Below, piece by piece: positions 47,487-56,650 of a stretch of DNA of 59,572 bases. The notes beneath the pieces are model-generated. The model saw only the letters and a list, made by a program, of their open reading frames with translations. It made no database searches and was not told the origin of the DNA. Made by a program: the position numbers and the translations under genes. Origin of the DNA: Candidatus Saccharimonadales bacterium (GTDB lineage: Bacteria; Patescibacteriota; Saccharimonadia; Saccharimonadales; 2-12-FULL-41-12); assembly GCA_041600715.1 (NCBI GenBank), contig JBFIJM010000005.1, forward strand, positions 1-59,572, in the 5' to 3' direction. Every line of letters starts with the position of its first letter. The stretch's first letter is position 1.

Positions 47487-47516
47487 GGGGGAAGGGCGTT
47501 ATCTTCCCCCATTTTT
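47487..47516 (+). terminator. Intrinsic terminator after the SSB gene
   Basis: GGGGGAAG-ggcgttat-CTTCCCCC followed by ATTTTT. Confidence 0.75.
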
Positions 47517-47535
47517 AACAACTTAAAATCGGAAA

Positions 47536-48561
47536 ATGGCAAATACTAAGAGAACAGCGATAGCCGTAATAGGGACAGACAGCCATCTAAAAAAAGATAA
47601 TGAAAGTCTAGTCACATCTTGCTTCGAGCAAGCAAGGGCATTAATGATAGAATTAGAAGTAGAGGACTTTATCCATGCAGGAGACTTCTTTACAATAAGA
47701 AATGCCCAACCTGAAGATTCACTGCGCACAGCGAAAACAATATATCAAATGTTCGGGGGTTACAATTTTTGGCAAATCCCGGGCAACCATGACAAGACTA
47801 GCCTGGACAGCCCCAATAGCTACCTAGATGTCTTTGATAAATACTGTAATTTAATTCGAGAAGAGGGTTATCTAGACCTAGAGGGTGTTAGAGTTCATTT
47901 CATCCCGTATTTCAAAGAAGATGGTAGCTATAAGGATTATCTAAAGAAAGCAATAAAAAATATCGACACAGCAAAGAAAAACGTGTTAATCACGCATATC
48001 GCTGTAAGTGGGGTAAAGAATAATGATGCTAGTGTAGTAGAGAACTCTATAACATCTAAATTATTTGCTAAGTTCGATACTGTAATGACAGGACATTATC
48101 ATAACAGGAGTAAAGTAGGAAAGAACATTCATTATATCGGCTCAATGTACGCGGGTAGTTATGGAGAGGATAATGAGAAAGGTTTAACAGTATTGTATAA
48201 CGATGGGTCATTCGATTATTTTCAGCTGGACTTCCCTCATTACATAAAAGTAGAGGTGAAGGCAGGTGACAAAGAAGACCTCAAGAAAGTCCAGAAAGAG
48301 CATAAAGACTCTAAGAATCATGTAAGACTAGTCTTCAAGGGGGAGAAGAGCAAATTGGAGGCCATCAACAAAACAGAACTAGAAGCACTAGGTTTCGATG
48401 TTAAGTATGAGGATAGCACTAAAATTATTAACAAGCAGATAGCCGAGGGTGAACTAATGATGTTCAACAGGTCTAATTTAAAAGAGGCATTTACAGAGTT
48501 TTGTAAAGCTGGGAATATTAAGAACATAACAATAGGTGAGTTTTACCTAGAGCAAATTTAA
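47536..48561 (+). CDS. Mre11/SbcD-like metallophosphoesterase nuclease
   Basis: D.H, AGDFF, GNHD, TH, GHYH and YIGS motifs. Confidence 0.9.
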   Translation: MANTKRTAIAVIGTDSHLKKDNESLVTSCFEQARALMIELEVEDFIHAGDFFTIRNAQPEDSLRTAKTIYQMFGGYNFWQIPGNHDKTSLDSPNSYLDVFDKYCNLIREEGYLDLEGVRVHFIPYFKEDGSYKDYLKKAIKNIDTAKKNVLITHIAVSGVKNNDASVVENSITSKLFAKFDTVMTGHYHNRSKVGKNIHYIGSMYAGSYGEDNEKGLTVLYNDGSFDYFQLDFPHYIKVEVKAGDKEDLKKVQKEHKDSKNHVRLVFKGEKSKLEAINKTELEALGFDVKYEDSTKIINKQIAEGELMMFNRSNLKEAFTEFCKAGNIKNITIGEFYLEQI

Positions 48562-48568
48562 AATCGGT

Positions 48569-50656
48569 ATGTGGAATTTGAAAAGCATAGAAGCAAAAGA
48601 CTTCCTTTCTTATAAAGAAATGGAACTCGGTATTAAGCCTAAAGAAACAACTTTAATCTACGGCAAGAATTTGACTGACAAAGGTGTAGCTAGTAATGGC
48701 TCAGGGAAGTCAAGTATACTGGAGGTATTGTGTTTCGGTTTAACCGGGAATAGTCTGCGTAAGGTAAAGAACAAAGAATTGATAAGGAATGGAGAAGGAG
48801 TGGCTACTATCACAGTGAGTGTAGAAAACCCTGTCATACCCATGACTTTAAGGATTGTAAGAACAATCGATGAAAAGAAGGCATCCACTGTTCGATTGTA
48901 TGAGAATGACACTCTCAGGGAAGACCTAATGGATTTAAAGCCTAAAGAAACAGATAAGGTAATATTAGAGCACCTGGAAATCAGTTATAATGACATAGTC
49001 AACTACTATCTGATTTCAAAGGAGAAATACGCATCACTGCTATTATCATCCGACACTCAAAAGAAAGAGGTCATAAATAGGTTCTCGAAAGCGGATTATA
49101 TAGATGCGGTTTTCCCAAAGATAGACCAAGACATTGAAATGCAAGAAGGGGCTACTGTAAAGTATACAGGAATAAAAGATGGGTGTTTATCTAAAATTGA
49201 ATTATTGACTGAGCAGATAGAGGCGTTAAAAGAGAAAGACGTTGATGCTGAAAAACAAGAGAGAATTCAAAAAATCAAAGCCTCTATTGATACTAAGATG
49301 GGTGAGATTGAGTCGGAGATTAAGAATGAACAAGAAGCTGGGCAGAAGGTCGAGGGCCACGAGGATAAGAAGAAAAAATTAACAAGTAGTCTGGAGAAAC
49401 TGGTTGGTGTAGAGAAACTCAATCAAGAGGTTAATGACTTGGAGGGTAAAGAAAAAGACCTGTTCCTGAATTTCAAAGAAGAGGAGAATGATAATTATCT
49501 AGGGCCGATAAGCGATGTACAAGATATTATTAAAAGAGGTAGAATTGATATACAAGAGTGTGATGACCTACTGAAGTCGTCAAACACTACATTAGCCACT
49601 CTGCGAAAAATAGAGATGGGTGAGATTGAATGTCCTGCGTGTAAGCATACTTTTCTAGTAGGAGACCAAGAATTAACCCTAGAGGAGTGTAAAGAAAAGA
49701 TTGTCCAGGAGACAGAGGTTATCGAACTTATCGAGTCTGACAAGAAAGAGAAACAAAATACTTTAGAGGAATCAGAGGGTCTTTTAAAGGAATTGCAAAA
49801 GGAACTTGGAGCGTTTAGAGAAAAATATAATACGAAAACTCAAGGTCTGAATAATGAGATAGCTGAGAAGAGAAGAAAGATAGGGGAGGTGGATAAAGAA
49901 AAGAGTGAAATAGAATCGCAAATAAGAGGATGCGATAATTTTATCGACCTGGAGCAGAGAAAGCAGGATAGGGCTAATAACGTGATTACATCTCTTCAGG
50001 ATGAGATTAAGGAGCATGAGAGAAAAATAGGGGAGGTAGAAAAAGAGGCTAATCCTATCACAAAGCAAATAAAGGAGCTCAGCGGTCAGATAAAGGCTCA
50101 GGAAAAGGTGATAGCAGATAATGCTAAAGACTTAGAGAAGGAGCAAGATAAATTAGACGAGCTGAAAGAATGGAAGATGAATTTTAAAAGATTCAAATCA
50201 TTCCTTGCAAATCAGTCGTTAACCTTAATAGAGCAACAGGCCAATCATTTCCTAGATAAGATGAAGTGTGACAATAGAGTGAGGATAGATGGCTTTAGGG
50301 AGTTGGCTAATGGAAAAATGAAAGAAGAGATTGCAATAGAGATAAGCAGAGACAGCCTGACCACTGAGAGTTTTGGTAAATTCTCGGGAGGAGAAAAGGC
50401 AAAGGTAGACTTATCCTGCATACTGGCAATGCAGACGTTAATAAATACATCCTGTAAGAATGGAGGGCTGGATTTATTGTTCTGCGATGAGATATTAGAA
50501 AGTGCAGATGAGACTGCAATGAATTCGATAGCGACTTCATTGTCCTATGTAGACAAAACGGTATTTATGATATCGCAGAATCAACCAAATGTTGATTGTA
50601 ATATGTTAGAAGTTAAAAAAGAAAATAAAATCAGTAATATTATAAGTTATGGCTAA
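48569..50656 (+). CDS. Rad50/SbcC-like SMC ATPase
   Basis: NGSGKS Walker A, coiled coils with a CPAC zinc hook, FSGGEK signature and LLFCDE Walker B. Confidence 0.92.
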   Translation: MWNLKSIEAKDFLSYKEMELGIKPKETTLIYGKNLTDKGVASNGSGKSSILEVLCFGLTGNSLRKVKNKELIRNGEGVATITVSVENPVIPMTLRIVRTIDEKKASTVRLYENDTLREDLMDLKPKETDKVILEHLEISYNDIVNYYLISKEKYASLLLSSDTQKKEVINRFSKADYIDAVFPKIDQDIEMQEGATVKYTGIKDGCLSKIELLTEQIEALKEKDVDAEKQERIQKIKASIDTKMGEIESEIKNEQEAGQKVEGHEDKKKKLTSSLEKLVGVEKLNQEVNDLEGKEKDLFLNFKEEENDNYLGPISDVQDIIKRGRIDIQECDDLLKSSNTTLATLRKIEMGEIECPACKHTFLVGDQELTLEECKEKIVQETEVIELIESDKKEKQNTLEESEGLLKELQKELGAFREKYNTKTQGLNNEIAEKRRKIGEVDKEKSEIESQIRGCDNFIDLEQRKQDRANNVITSLQDEIKEHERKIGEVEKEANPITKQIKELSGQIKAQEKVIADNAKDLEKEQDKLDELKEWKMNFKRFKSFLANQSLTLIEQQANHFLDKMKCDNRVRIDGFRELANGKMKEEIAIEISRDSLTTESFGKFSGGEKAKVDLSCILAMQTLINTSCKNGGLDLLFCDEILESADETAMNSIATSLSYVDKTVFMISQNQPNVDCNMLEVKKENKISNIISYG

Positions 50657-50882
50657 AGAAACACTAGAAGCACTGTTCAGTAAATTACAAGAGCAGACAA
50701 ACGAAACAAAAGGATTGGTATTTACCCAAAGTTTTGGCAAGAAATCTCAAATGTGGGGGTTCTACGTCTTTTCTACAAAGAAGAAGATTGAGAATAAAGA
50801 CCTGAACAAGGCATTGTCGGATACGATTAAGTATATCGATGAGAATAGAGTTAAGGACGGAAAATCTTTTAAAATGAAATAA
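50649..50882 (+). CDS. Hypothetical protein
   Basis: Overlaps both neighbouring genes within the operon. Confidence 0.6.
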   Translation: MAKETLEALFSKLQEQTNETKGLVFTQSFGKKSQMWGFYVFSTKKKIENKDLNKALSDTIKYIDENRVKDGKSFKMK

Positions 50883-51415
50883 TGGTAAGTATTGGAATAG
50901 ACGTAGGAAAGAAGGGTGCACTAGCACTACTCAGTCATGATAAGAAATTGAGGTTATACGAAGCTATACCTTTAATAAACAAAGAAATTGATGTGACTGA
51001 GCTTAGTAAAATCTTCAAGCTTTGGAATTCAACCTATGACATAGGGATAGTAGGCATTGAAGATGTGCATTCAATCTTCGGAGCGGGGGCTAAAGCAAAC
51101 TTTCAGTTCGGCAGGTGTTTAGGTCTGCTGGAGGGGTTTACAATAGCGAATGGGATACCATTTATTAAGGTAGCGCCTAAAGCTTGGCAGAAAGAAATGT
51201 GGGAAGGTGTCGACATTATAAAAGACAACACAGGGAAGAAAACTAAGCAAGGTAATATCAAGTATAAAACCAATACAAAAGCTACGTCATTAATAGCTGC
51301 GCAAAGGTTATTTCCAGGTGAGGAATTTTTAGCGACAGAAAGGTCGTACACACCTCATGATGGAATAGTAGACGCATTATTGATTGCAGAGCATTGTAGA
51401 CGCAAATATTTATAA
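50882..51415 (+). CDS. RuvC-like Holliday junction resolvase
   Basis: IGIDVG..G, IEDV, F.FG, P..WQK and DG..DALLIA. Confidence 0.85.
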   Translation: MVSIGIDVGKKGALALLSHDKKLRLYEAIPLINKEIDVTELSKIFKLWNSTYDIGIVGIEDVHSIFGAGAKANFQFGRCLGLLEGFTIANGIPFIKVAPKAWQKEMWEGVDIIKDNTGKKTKQGNIKYKTNTKATSLIAAQRLFPGEEFLATERSYTPHDGIVDALLIAEHCRRKYL

Positions 51416-51417
51416 AT

Positions 51418-51735
51418 ATGATGACAGGAAATTTTTGGTGCATGGATTGTGACTGTGAGAAGAATCACAACCAGAGAAATTTTACAGCACCTATCGAGAG
51501 TGCTGATAGCAAGGAAGAAGTATTCTGCCCAAACAATAAAGACCTAAAGCTAAAGCTGATGGGAGTAAAGACTTTTACTATCGCCACACATGAGCGTATT
51601 AGGGGTAAGGGTAGAAGTGCTGCGGAAAAGGCTATAAGAAGAAAAGAATCATTTCACGACCAAGTGTCAACTAAGATGCAGTTGGATGCAACAGAGAGGA
51701 GGCATTTTGGAAAAAAGTTTGGAAAACCGAAATAA
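51418..51735 (+). CDS. Small Cys-containing (zinc-ribbon-like) basic protein
   Basis: WC.DC.C...CP motif. Confidence 0.5.
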   Translation: MMTGNFWCMDCDCEKNHNQRNFTAPIESADSKEEVFCPNNKDLKLKLMGVKTFTIATHERIRGKGRSAAEKAIRRKESFHDQVSTKMQLDATERRHFGKKFGKPK

Positions 51736-52034
51736 TGAGAGAGATATTCACAATACAGATGGAGCCCGCAGAAGGGAATACCTTTGATTGGGCTAACTAC
51801 AGGAAAAATCGTAACTTTAAACAAAAAGTAAAAATGGAAGAGATAACGGAAATGCAACACTGGAGAAAGAACTATATGTGGGTTACTTTCTTTATGCTAG
51901 GAATGGCAGCATTAGGCTTTTTTACAGCCGAGCAACCACTGAATTACTTTATATCAGCAGCCTTCATTGGAATCATACTGATAATATTTATCGGTAATCA
52001 CATGAGTTGGAAGAAGAAATTCGGACCTAAATGA
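51735..52034 (+). CDS. Small two-helix membrane protein
   Basis: Two hydrophobic segments in the C-terminal half. Confidence 0.55.
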   Translation: MREIFTIQMEPAEGNTFDWANYRKNRNFKQKVKMEEITEMQHWRKNYMWVTFFMLGMAALGFFTAEQPLNYFISAAFIGIILIIFIGNHMSWKKKFGPK

Positions 52035-52381
52035 TTGGCGGGCTAGGCATAGTAGTCACCTTCGGGTTCACTATAATGGCAGCTCTCGTGGATGCAGAAC
52101 ATTTGCTCAAAAAAGAGTATATAGACAGTCACAGGTCTAGATGGTATCTAAGGACCTGCTTCTTTCTAGCCTTCAGCTTTCATAATTGGGTGTGGGTGTT
52201 AGCCTCTGCATTATTGTTCACAGCACTATTTGACCAAATACTAAATCATTTCAGGACCAAACCATTTTGGTATTTAGGCACCGTAGCAAAATGGGACCTC
52301 TTTTTTAGCAAGAGGAAATGGCTATATATTGCGGTCAAAATCCTATGCCTACTTCTATCTCTTTTTTTATTTCTTTACTAA
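52031..52381 (+). CDS. Membrane protein
   Basis: Several hydrophobic segments and an FD..LN......YLGT.A..D motif. Confidence 0.6.
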   Translation: MIGGLGIVVTFGFTIMAALVDAEHLLKKEYIDSHRSRWYLRTCFFLAFSFHNWVWVLASALLFTALFDQILNHFRTKPFWYLGTVAKWDLFFSKRKWLYIAVKILCLLLSLFLFLY

Positions 52382-52385
52382 AAGA

Positions 52386-52415
52386 GTTGTTTATTAATAA
52401 TTTTTATTAATTTTA
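52386..52415 (+). promoter_or_regulatory. Weaker promoter variant GTTG(TTTAT)-N18-TAATTTTA
   Basis: Partial motif TTGTTTAT and a TAATTTTA box at 52408-52415, just before the structured leader. Confidence 0.5.
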
Positions 52416-52423
52416 CAGTTAAC

Positions 52424-52535
52424 AAACTTATGATGCGGGATTAAGTTTTTAAATAGCAAGTTAGCATATCTCTATATAATAATTTGAACCTTAAAACCCT
52501 GACGCCGCATCGTTGGGGTTTTTTTTATGCGGGAT
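52424..52535 (+). ncRNA. Candidate cis-regulatory leader RNA (two hairpins with complementary loops, the second terminator-like)
   Basis: Hairpin 1 is AAACTTA/TAAGTTT with loop TGATGCGGGAT. Hairpin 2 is AAAACCCTGACG/CGTTGGGGTTTT with loop CCGCAT, followed by a T run. Confidence 0.65.
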
Positions 52536-53414
52536 AATTACATTAAATATTTCTACGGCTCTTATAAGCACGCTAAACAAAAAGGTTTAAGCAGTGAGTA
52601 TTTGTTTTATCTCAAATTAAAACTCTTGAAGGATGGAGAACTAAGAGTGGGAACGATTACTAAGGTAATTCAAGAGGTGTCGTCTTACTCTCCCGCATCA
52701 ATAAGTATTTACCTAAAGAGACTAGTAGAGGCAGGTTTCCTAATCCCATTCGTAATCAAAGGCAAAGTCGTAGGCTACCAAGTCATCTCTTATAAAAGAG
52801 CTCTCAGACGAATAGGTGTCAAGACTAGATTTACGGGTGTGAGTAAGAATATAGCAAAAGAGCATAGGTTCCAGAGGTTAATCACCAATGAATTGATTGA
52901 CAATAAGATATTCAAGAACTTCATTGAGATGATGGATGTATATCAAAACTCTGAGAAGCAATTATATAAGGAAAAACAAAAAATAAAAAGGAAAATAAAA
53001 TATCAGAGAGAAAAGGATGATAGCATAACAACAAGGAAAACAATCAGGAAACTTAAAGAGGACCTCAAGTCTGTTCAGATGATGCCAGGGAATCGTTTCA
53101 AATTAAGTTGCAGAAGGCTTTCAAGGTTATTAGGCTATAAGAGTATCCAACAAGGCTCTTTGATAGAACGTAGAGCTGAGGACAATGGGTTCTTGGAGAT
53201 ACATAGAAGTTTCGGCGTGGTCGAGAAAAAGATTAGCTTCTTAGAATACCTACCAATGAAAGCATTAGATGATTCATTGTATTGGATGTTCGGGAACGTA
53301 GTAAAGAATGATTGTAACATATTATTATTTACGAGTGTTTTTCTAGGTCATTTCGAGGATAACAAACAAAGCGCACTGACATCTTTGGGCCAAGCCAAAG
53401 CTACAGCAAAATAG
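52527..53414 (+). CDS. Basic winged-helix DNA-binding protein, replication-initiator-like
   Basis: Two HTH-like segments (SYSPASISIYLKRLVEAGFL and LSCRRLSRLLGYKS...AEDNGFL) and very high Lys/Arg content. Confidence 0.55.
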   Translation: MRDNYIKYFYGSYKHAKQKGLSSEYLFYLKLKLLKDGELRVGTITKVIQEVSSYSPASISIYLKRLVEAGFLIPFVIKGKVVGYQVISYKRALRRIGVKTRFTGVSKNIAKEHRFQRLITNELIDNKIFKNFIEMMDVYQNSEKQLYKEKQKIKRKIKYQREKDDSITTRKTIRKLKEDLKSVQMMPGNRFKLSCRRLSRLLGYKSIQQGSLIERRAEDNGFLEIHRSFGVVEKKISFLEYLPMKALDDSLYWMFGNVVKNDCNILLFTSVFLGHFEDNKQSALTSLGQAKATAK

Positions 53415-53484
53415 CATTACGAATGCATTTTACTTTTGTTTATTATCAGATAATATTAAAATATTATACCCGAATGAATTCGGG
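53414..53484. repeat. AT-rich cluster of short palindromes
   Basis: GCATT-acg-AATGC, TATTATC-a-GATAATA, TAATATT-aa-AATATTA and CCCGAAT-ga-ATTCGGG. Confidence 0.6.
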
Positions 53485-53530
53485 GGTTTATTCTCAAACT
53501 GTTAGAAATGAAGGTTTTAGGATATTCTAA

Positions 53531-53570
53531 AAATAAAATTTGTTTATTTCAGCAGAAAGACTTACTTTTA
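53531..53570 (+). promoter_or_regulatory. Phage promoter AAATAAAA-TTTG-N20-TACTTTTA
   Basis: TTTG at 53539-53542 and TACTTTTA at 53563-53570. Confidence 0.8.
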
Positions 53571-53593
53571 TGTAAATTAAAAATAATCGGAAA

Positions 53594-53755
53594 ATGAAAG
53601 ATTCAAGAAAATTATCAAGCGTAGTGGAGGACTTATACTTAATAGCAAGCTACTTCTGCCTGTCGCTCAACTACAGGGCTGACTTCCACCTCGCAAAAGA
53701 GATGGAGTATGATATGAATATGAAAATTAAAAATCTACTTCATGTCGCGCTATAA
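53594..53755 (+). CDS. Small hypothetical protein (53 aa, not in the ORF track)
   Basis: MKDSRKLSSVVEDLYLIASYFCLSLNYRADFHLAKEMEYDMNMKIKNLLHVAL*. First ATG after a promoter, with an AATCGGAAA leader. Confidence 0.6.
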   Translation: MKDSRKLSSVVEDLYLIASYFCLSLNYRADFHLAKEMEYDMNMKIKNLLHVAL

Positions 53756-53933
53756 AAAATCATTAGAGGTGATGCTCGAGAAGGAGTCGGTTAGAGTATG
53801 TGTATACTTAAATGACAACAATCTAGAGGCCACCAAAGAAAACATCGAGGCTTTTTATAAAAGCATTAATAAGACAGTTAACAAGAATGGTATCAAGCAG
53901 ATGTTCAAATACCTGAATCTACCAAAACTCTAA
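53742..53933 (+). CDS. Hypothetical protein
   Basis: Packed small ORF in an early-type cluster. Confidence 0.55.
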   Translation: MSRYKKSLEVMLEKESVRVCVYLNDNNLEATKENIEAFYKSINKTVNKNGIKQMFKYLNLPKL

Positions 53934-53938
53934 GTACA

Positions 53939-54133
53939 ATGACGGACGAAGAAAGAGACCACCGCCCTCAAGAACTCATCGATAAGATGAATAGAGATGA
54001 GCATGTTTCTAGATGGGATGTGTTTCATTACAGAAAAGCAATTAGAGCAATAATAAGAGATAACCCTTCAACATATGGGCACCTCGAGTATGAATTTGAA
54101 GACTTAGTGGATTCAGCAAAAGAGAGTTTATGA
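53939..54133 (+). CDS. Hypothetical protein
   Basis: Packed small ORF. Confidence 0.55.
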   Translation: MTDEERDHRPQELIDKMNRDEHVSRWDVFHYRKAIRAIIRDNPSTYGHLEYEFEDLVDSAKESL

Positions 54134-54462
54134 TAGAATTAGCAGGTACCCCAGAAACAGATGAATTAACTCAGGCATGGCTCATGTCATTAGCCTGTGG
54201 CCAAATCATTTTAGAGAATCAAGAACTCTTAGAGGGTTCTAATAAGTATAGACAATCACTAAAACAAGCCACTAAGAGATTTCTAATAGAGGTGGAAAGG
54301 GCAATCGAACCTGACATTAATGCCATATTCGGAGAATGTGAAGAAACCTCTCAGGAGATAATAAAAGCAATCGAGGCACTGTCAAAAGTCGCATCAAAGA
54401 TGAATCCCGCCAATCTAGACAGATTAACTAGGTTCATCGAGAAGACGGGGATGGCGGAATGA
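54130..54462 (+). CDS. Hypothetical helical protein
   Basis: ATGA overlaps on both sides. Confidence 0.6.
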   Translation: MIELAGTPETDELTQAWLMSLACGQIILENQELLEGSNKYRQSLKQATKRFLIEVERAIEPDINAIFGECEETSQEIIKAIEALSKVASKMNPANLDRLTRFIEKTGMAE

Positions 54463-55949
54463 GTGAAATAGCAACAGAGAAGATAACATATTCAATATAT
54501 CAGGAAGCAATCTTCGACACGGTACTTACAACAAACAAGAACATAGTAGTAAATGCAACTGCCGGCTCAGGTAAGACATTTACTGCGGTAGAGATTTCCC
54601 AGCTAATTCCAGCAAACAAGGAGGCTGCTTTCCTAGCATTCAACAAATCTATAGTCGAGGAACTCAGTATGAAGTTGGCACCTCACATAAAATGTACCAC
54701 ACTGCATTCATTAGGTATGCAGATATTAATGGGTTTCTACAAAGCAAGGTTGATAGTAAATGAATTCAAGACATTCAGGTTCTCAGAGAAATACGTAAAA
54801 CATCTAGAGAGAAAGGAGAAATTCAGAAAACAATTCTTGTACAGAGATGCTCTAGATAAACTAAGGATGACTATGGCACCTATAACCGATAGCAGTATAA
54901 TGAAGATATCTGATTATTATGACCTAATGCTGGAGGAAGAGGATATACCCAACATAGTAGCTATTCTGGAGGACATGAAGGTATATAATTATTTTTTAGG
55001 GGCAGAGAACAATATAATAGATTACGTGGATATGATATACCTGCCCGTTACCCAAGAGAGGCTGAAACTACCGAAGTATGATTTCACGATTATTGATGAG
55101 CTCCAGGATTTAAACAAATGTCAACAGGAGTTCGTCAAGAAGCTTATAGGGCAGAAAGGTAGGTTTATAGGATTAGGGGATGACTACCAATGCATCTACT
55201 CATTCCTAGGCGCAGACTCGGGGAGCTTCAAATCATTCGCAGCACTACCCAACACCGTTGAGCTACCACTAAGCATATCATATAGGTGTGCTAAAAACAT
55301 AGTAAAGGAGGCCCAGAATATATGCAAGACTATAGAGCCAGCTAAAAATGCAATAGAGGGTAAAGTAAGGAGCGGTAATTTTGATGAGGTGGAAGAAGGA
55401 GACTTTGTCTTATGCAGAAATAACAGACCACTGATTAGTGCATACTTTCAGTTGATACAGAGGGGTCTAAAATGCACAATAAGAGGAAAAGACATTGAGC
55501 AAGGATTAGTAAACCTCATTATTAAGTCGAAGAATAAATCTACAGAGGCTGGTATTCAAAGATTAAACGAGGATTTAGCAGTGAAGGCAATGAAGCTGAA
55601 AGACAAAGGTGTGTCGAAGCCCACAAACAATGCATCTTACGTGATGTTACTGGAAAAAGTCAATACAATCAAAATGATTATTGAGTTCAAAAAGTTTGGT
55701 ATGATGGACCAAGTCATTAATTTTATAGAAGAAATCTTTAATGATGACAGGGAAGGGGTGCAGCTTATGACTATTCATAAATCGAAAGGATTGGAATCGA
55801 CAAAAGTCTTCCTCATAGAAGTGTTTGAAGGAAAAAGGTTAATACCCTCTCAATACGCAATACAATTATGGGAGCTAGAGCAAGAACAGAATCTCTTGTT
55901 TGTAGCAACCACTAGGGCTAAAGAAGAATTAATTTTTTTAACGTTATAA
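54459..55949 (+). CDS. UvrD/Rep-like superfamily 1 helicase
   Basis: ATAGSGKT, TLHSLG, IIDELQD, GD..Q.IYSF.GA, SYRC, TIHKSKGLE and FVA.TRA. Confidence 0.92.
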   Translation: MSEIATEKITYSIYQEAIFDTVLTTNKNIVVNATAGSGKTFTAVEISQLIPANKEAAFLAFNKSIVEELSMKLAPHIKCTTLHSLGMQILMGFYKARLIVNEFKTFRFSEKYVKHLERKEKFRKQFLYRDALDKLRMTMAPITDSSIMKISDYYDLMLEEEDIPNIVAILEDMKVYNYFLGAENNIIDYVDMIYLPVTQERLKLPKYDFTIIDELQDLNKCQQEFVKKLIGQKGRFIGLGDDYQCIYSFLGADSGSFKSFAALPNTVELPLSISYRCAKNIVKEAQNICKTIEPAKNAIEGKVRSGNFDEVEEGDFVLCRNNRPLISAYFQLIQRGLKCTIRGKDIEQGLVNLIIKSKNKSTEAGIQRLNEDLAVKAMKLKDKGVSKPTNNASYVMLLEKVNTIKMIIEFKKFGMMDQVINFIEEIFNDDREGVQLMTIHKSKGLESTKVFLIEVFEGKRLIPSQYAIQLWELEQEQNLLFVATTRAKEELIFLTL

Positions 55950-56650
55950 TGGCAAAGAAAGGATTCACAGGTACACCAATTACCGAGATAGCGAACGATA
56001 AGACTAAGAAAGTTTTCTTCTTTTTACTTACATATAAAAATGGTAAGGTAAAAAGATATGAGAATTCTAACTTTAAGGAGCTAGAGAAGAAAAGAAAAGA
56101 GGTGTCCGATAGAGAGGCTATGAGAGTTAAAAAAGCATTCGAGAAAAAAATACCAAAAGAGGATATTCAAATATTAAAGAAAAGTGCAGGGGAGGGTAGA
56201 GGAAAGAAAAAGACTGTGGTGCGCTCAGGGAACATAGAGTTATTGCAATTAAGAAAGAAAGTAATTCTAGAGGCTAAAATTAAAGGGCTTAGCGACATAC
56301 AAATCAAATCATTAATCTCGACTGAATTTGAGATAAGCGAGGTGCATGTATCCAGGGAGATTGCATTAATAGAAGAGGAGATAAGAAGTCAGGCTATTGT
56401 ATCTCATGAGGAAATACTACTCAGTCATCTAACAAAATATGAATTACTATATTCCAAGTTCAAAGAAGAAGGGGCAGATGCTTATGCATTGAAGGCATTA
56501 AGGAATAAAGAGAATGTAGCAGGGCTTCATGACCAGACTGTAAACATTCAAATAAATAATTATATGGAGAGCGAATTTAGCATAAATTTACTACCAAAAG
56601 AAAAGCAGGAAAGGCTAAAAGAATTATTAACCAAAGTAAAAGTTACCTAG
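55949..56650 (+). CDS. HTH protein, terminase-small-subunit-like (paralogue A)
   Basis: HTH-like GLSDIQIKSLISTEFEISEVHVSREI segment and an AL.AL..KE...GLH....NIQINN motif. Confidence 0.45.
   Translation: MAKKGFTGTPITEIANDKTKKVFFFLLTYKNGKVKRYENSNFKELEKKRKEVSDREAMRVKKAFEKKIPKEDIQILKKSAGEGRGKKKTVVRSGNIELLQLRKKVILEAKIKGLSDIQIKSLISTEFEISEVHVSREIALIEEEIRSQAIVSHEEILLSHLTKYELLYSKFKEEGADAYALKALRNKENVAGLHDQTVNIQINNYMESEFSINLLPKEKQERLKELLTKVKVT

Noticed and set aside
47417-47535. tRNA gene
   Set aside because: No cloverleaf, T-loop GTTCRA or acceptor stem. Kept only as a candidate structured RNA.
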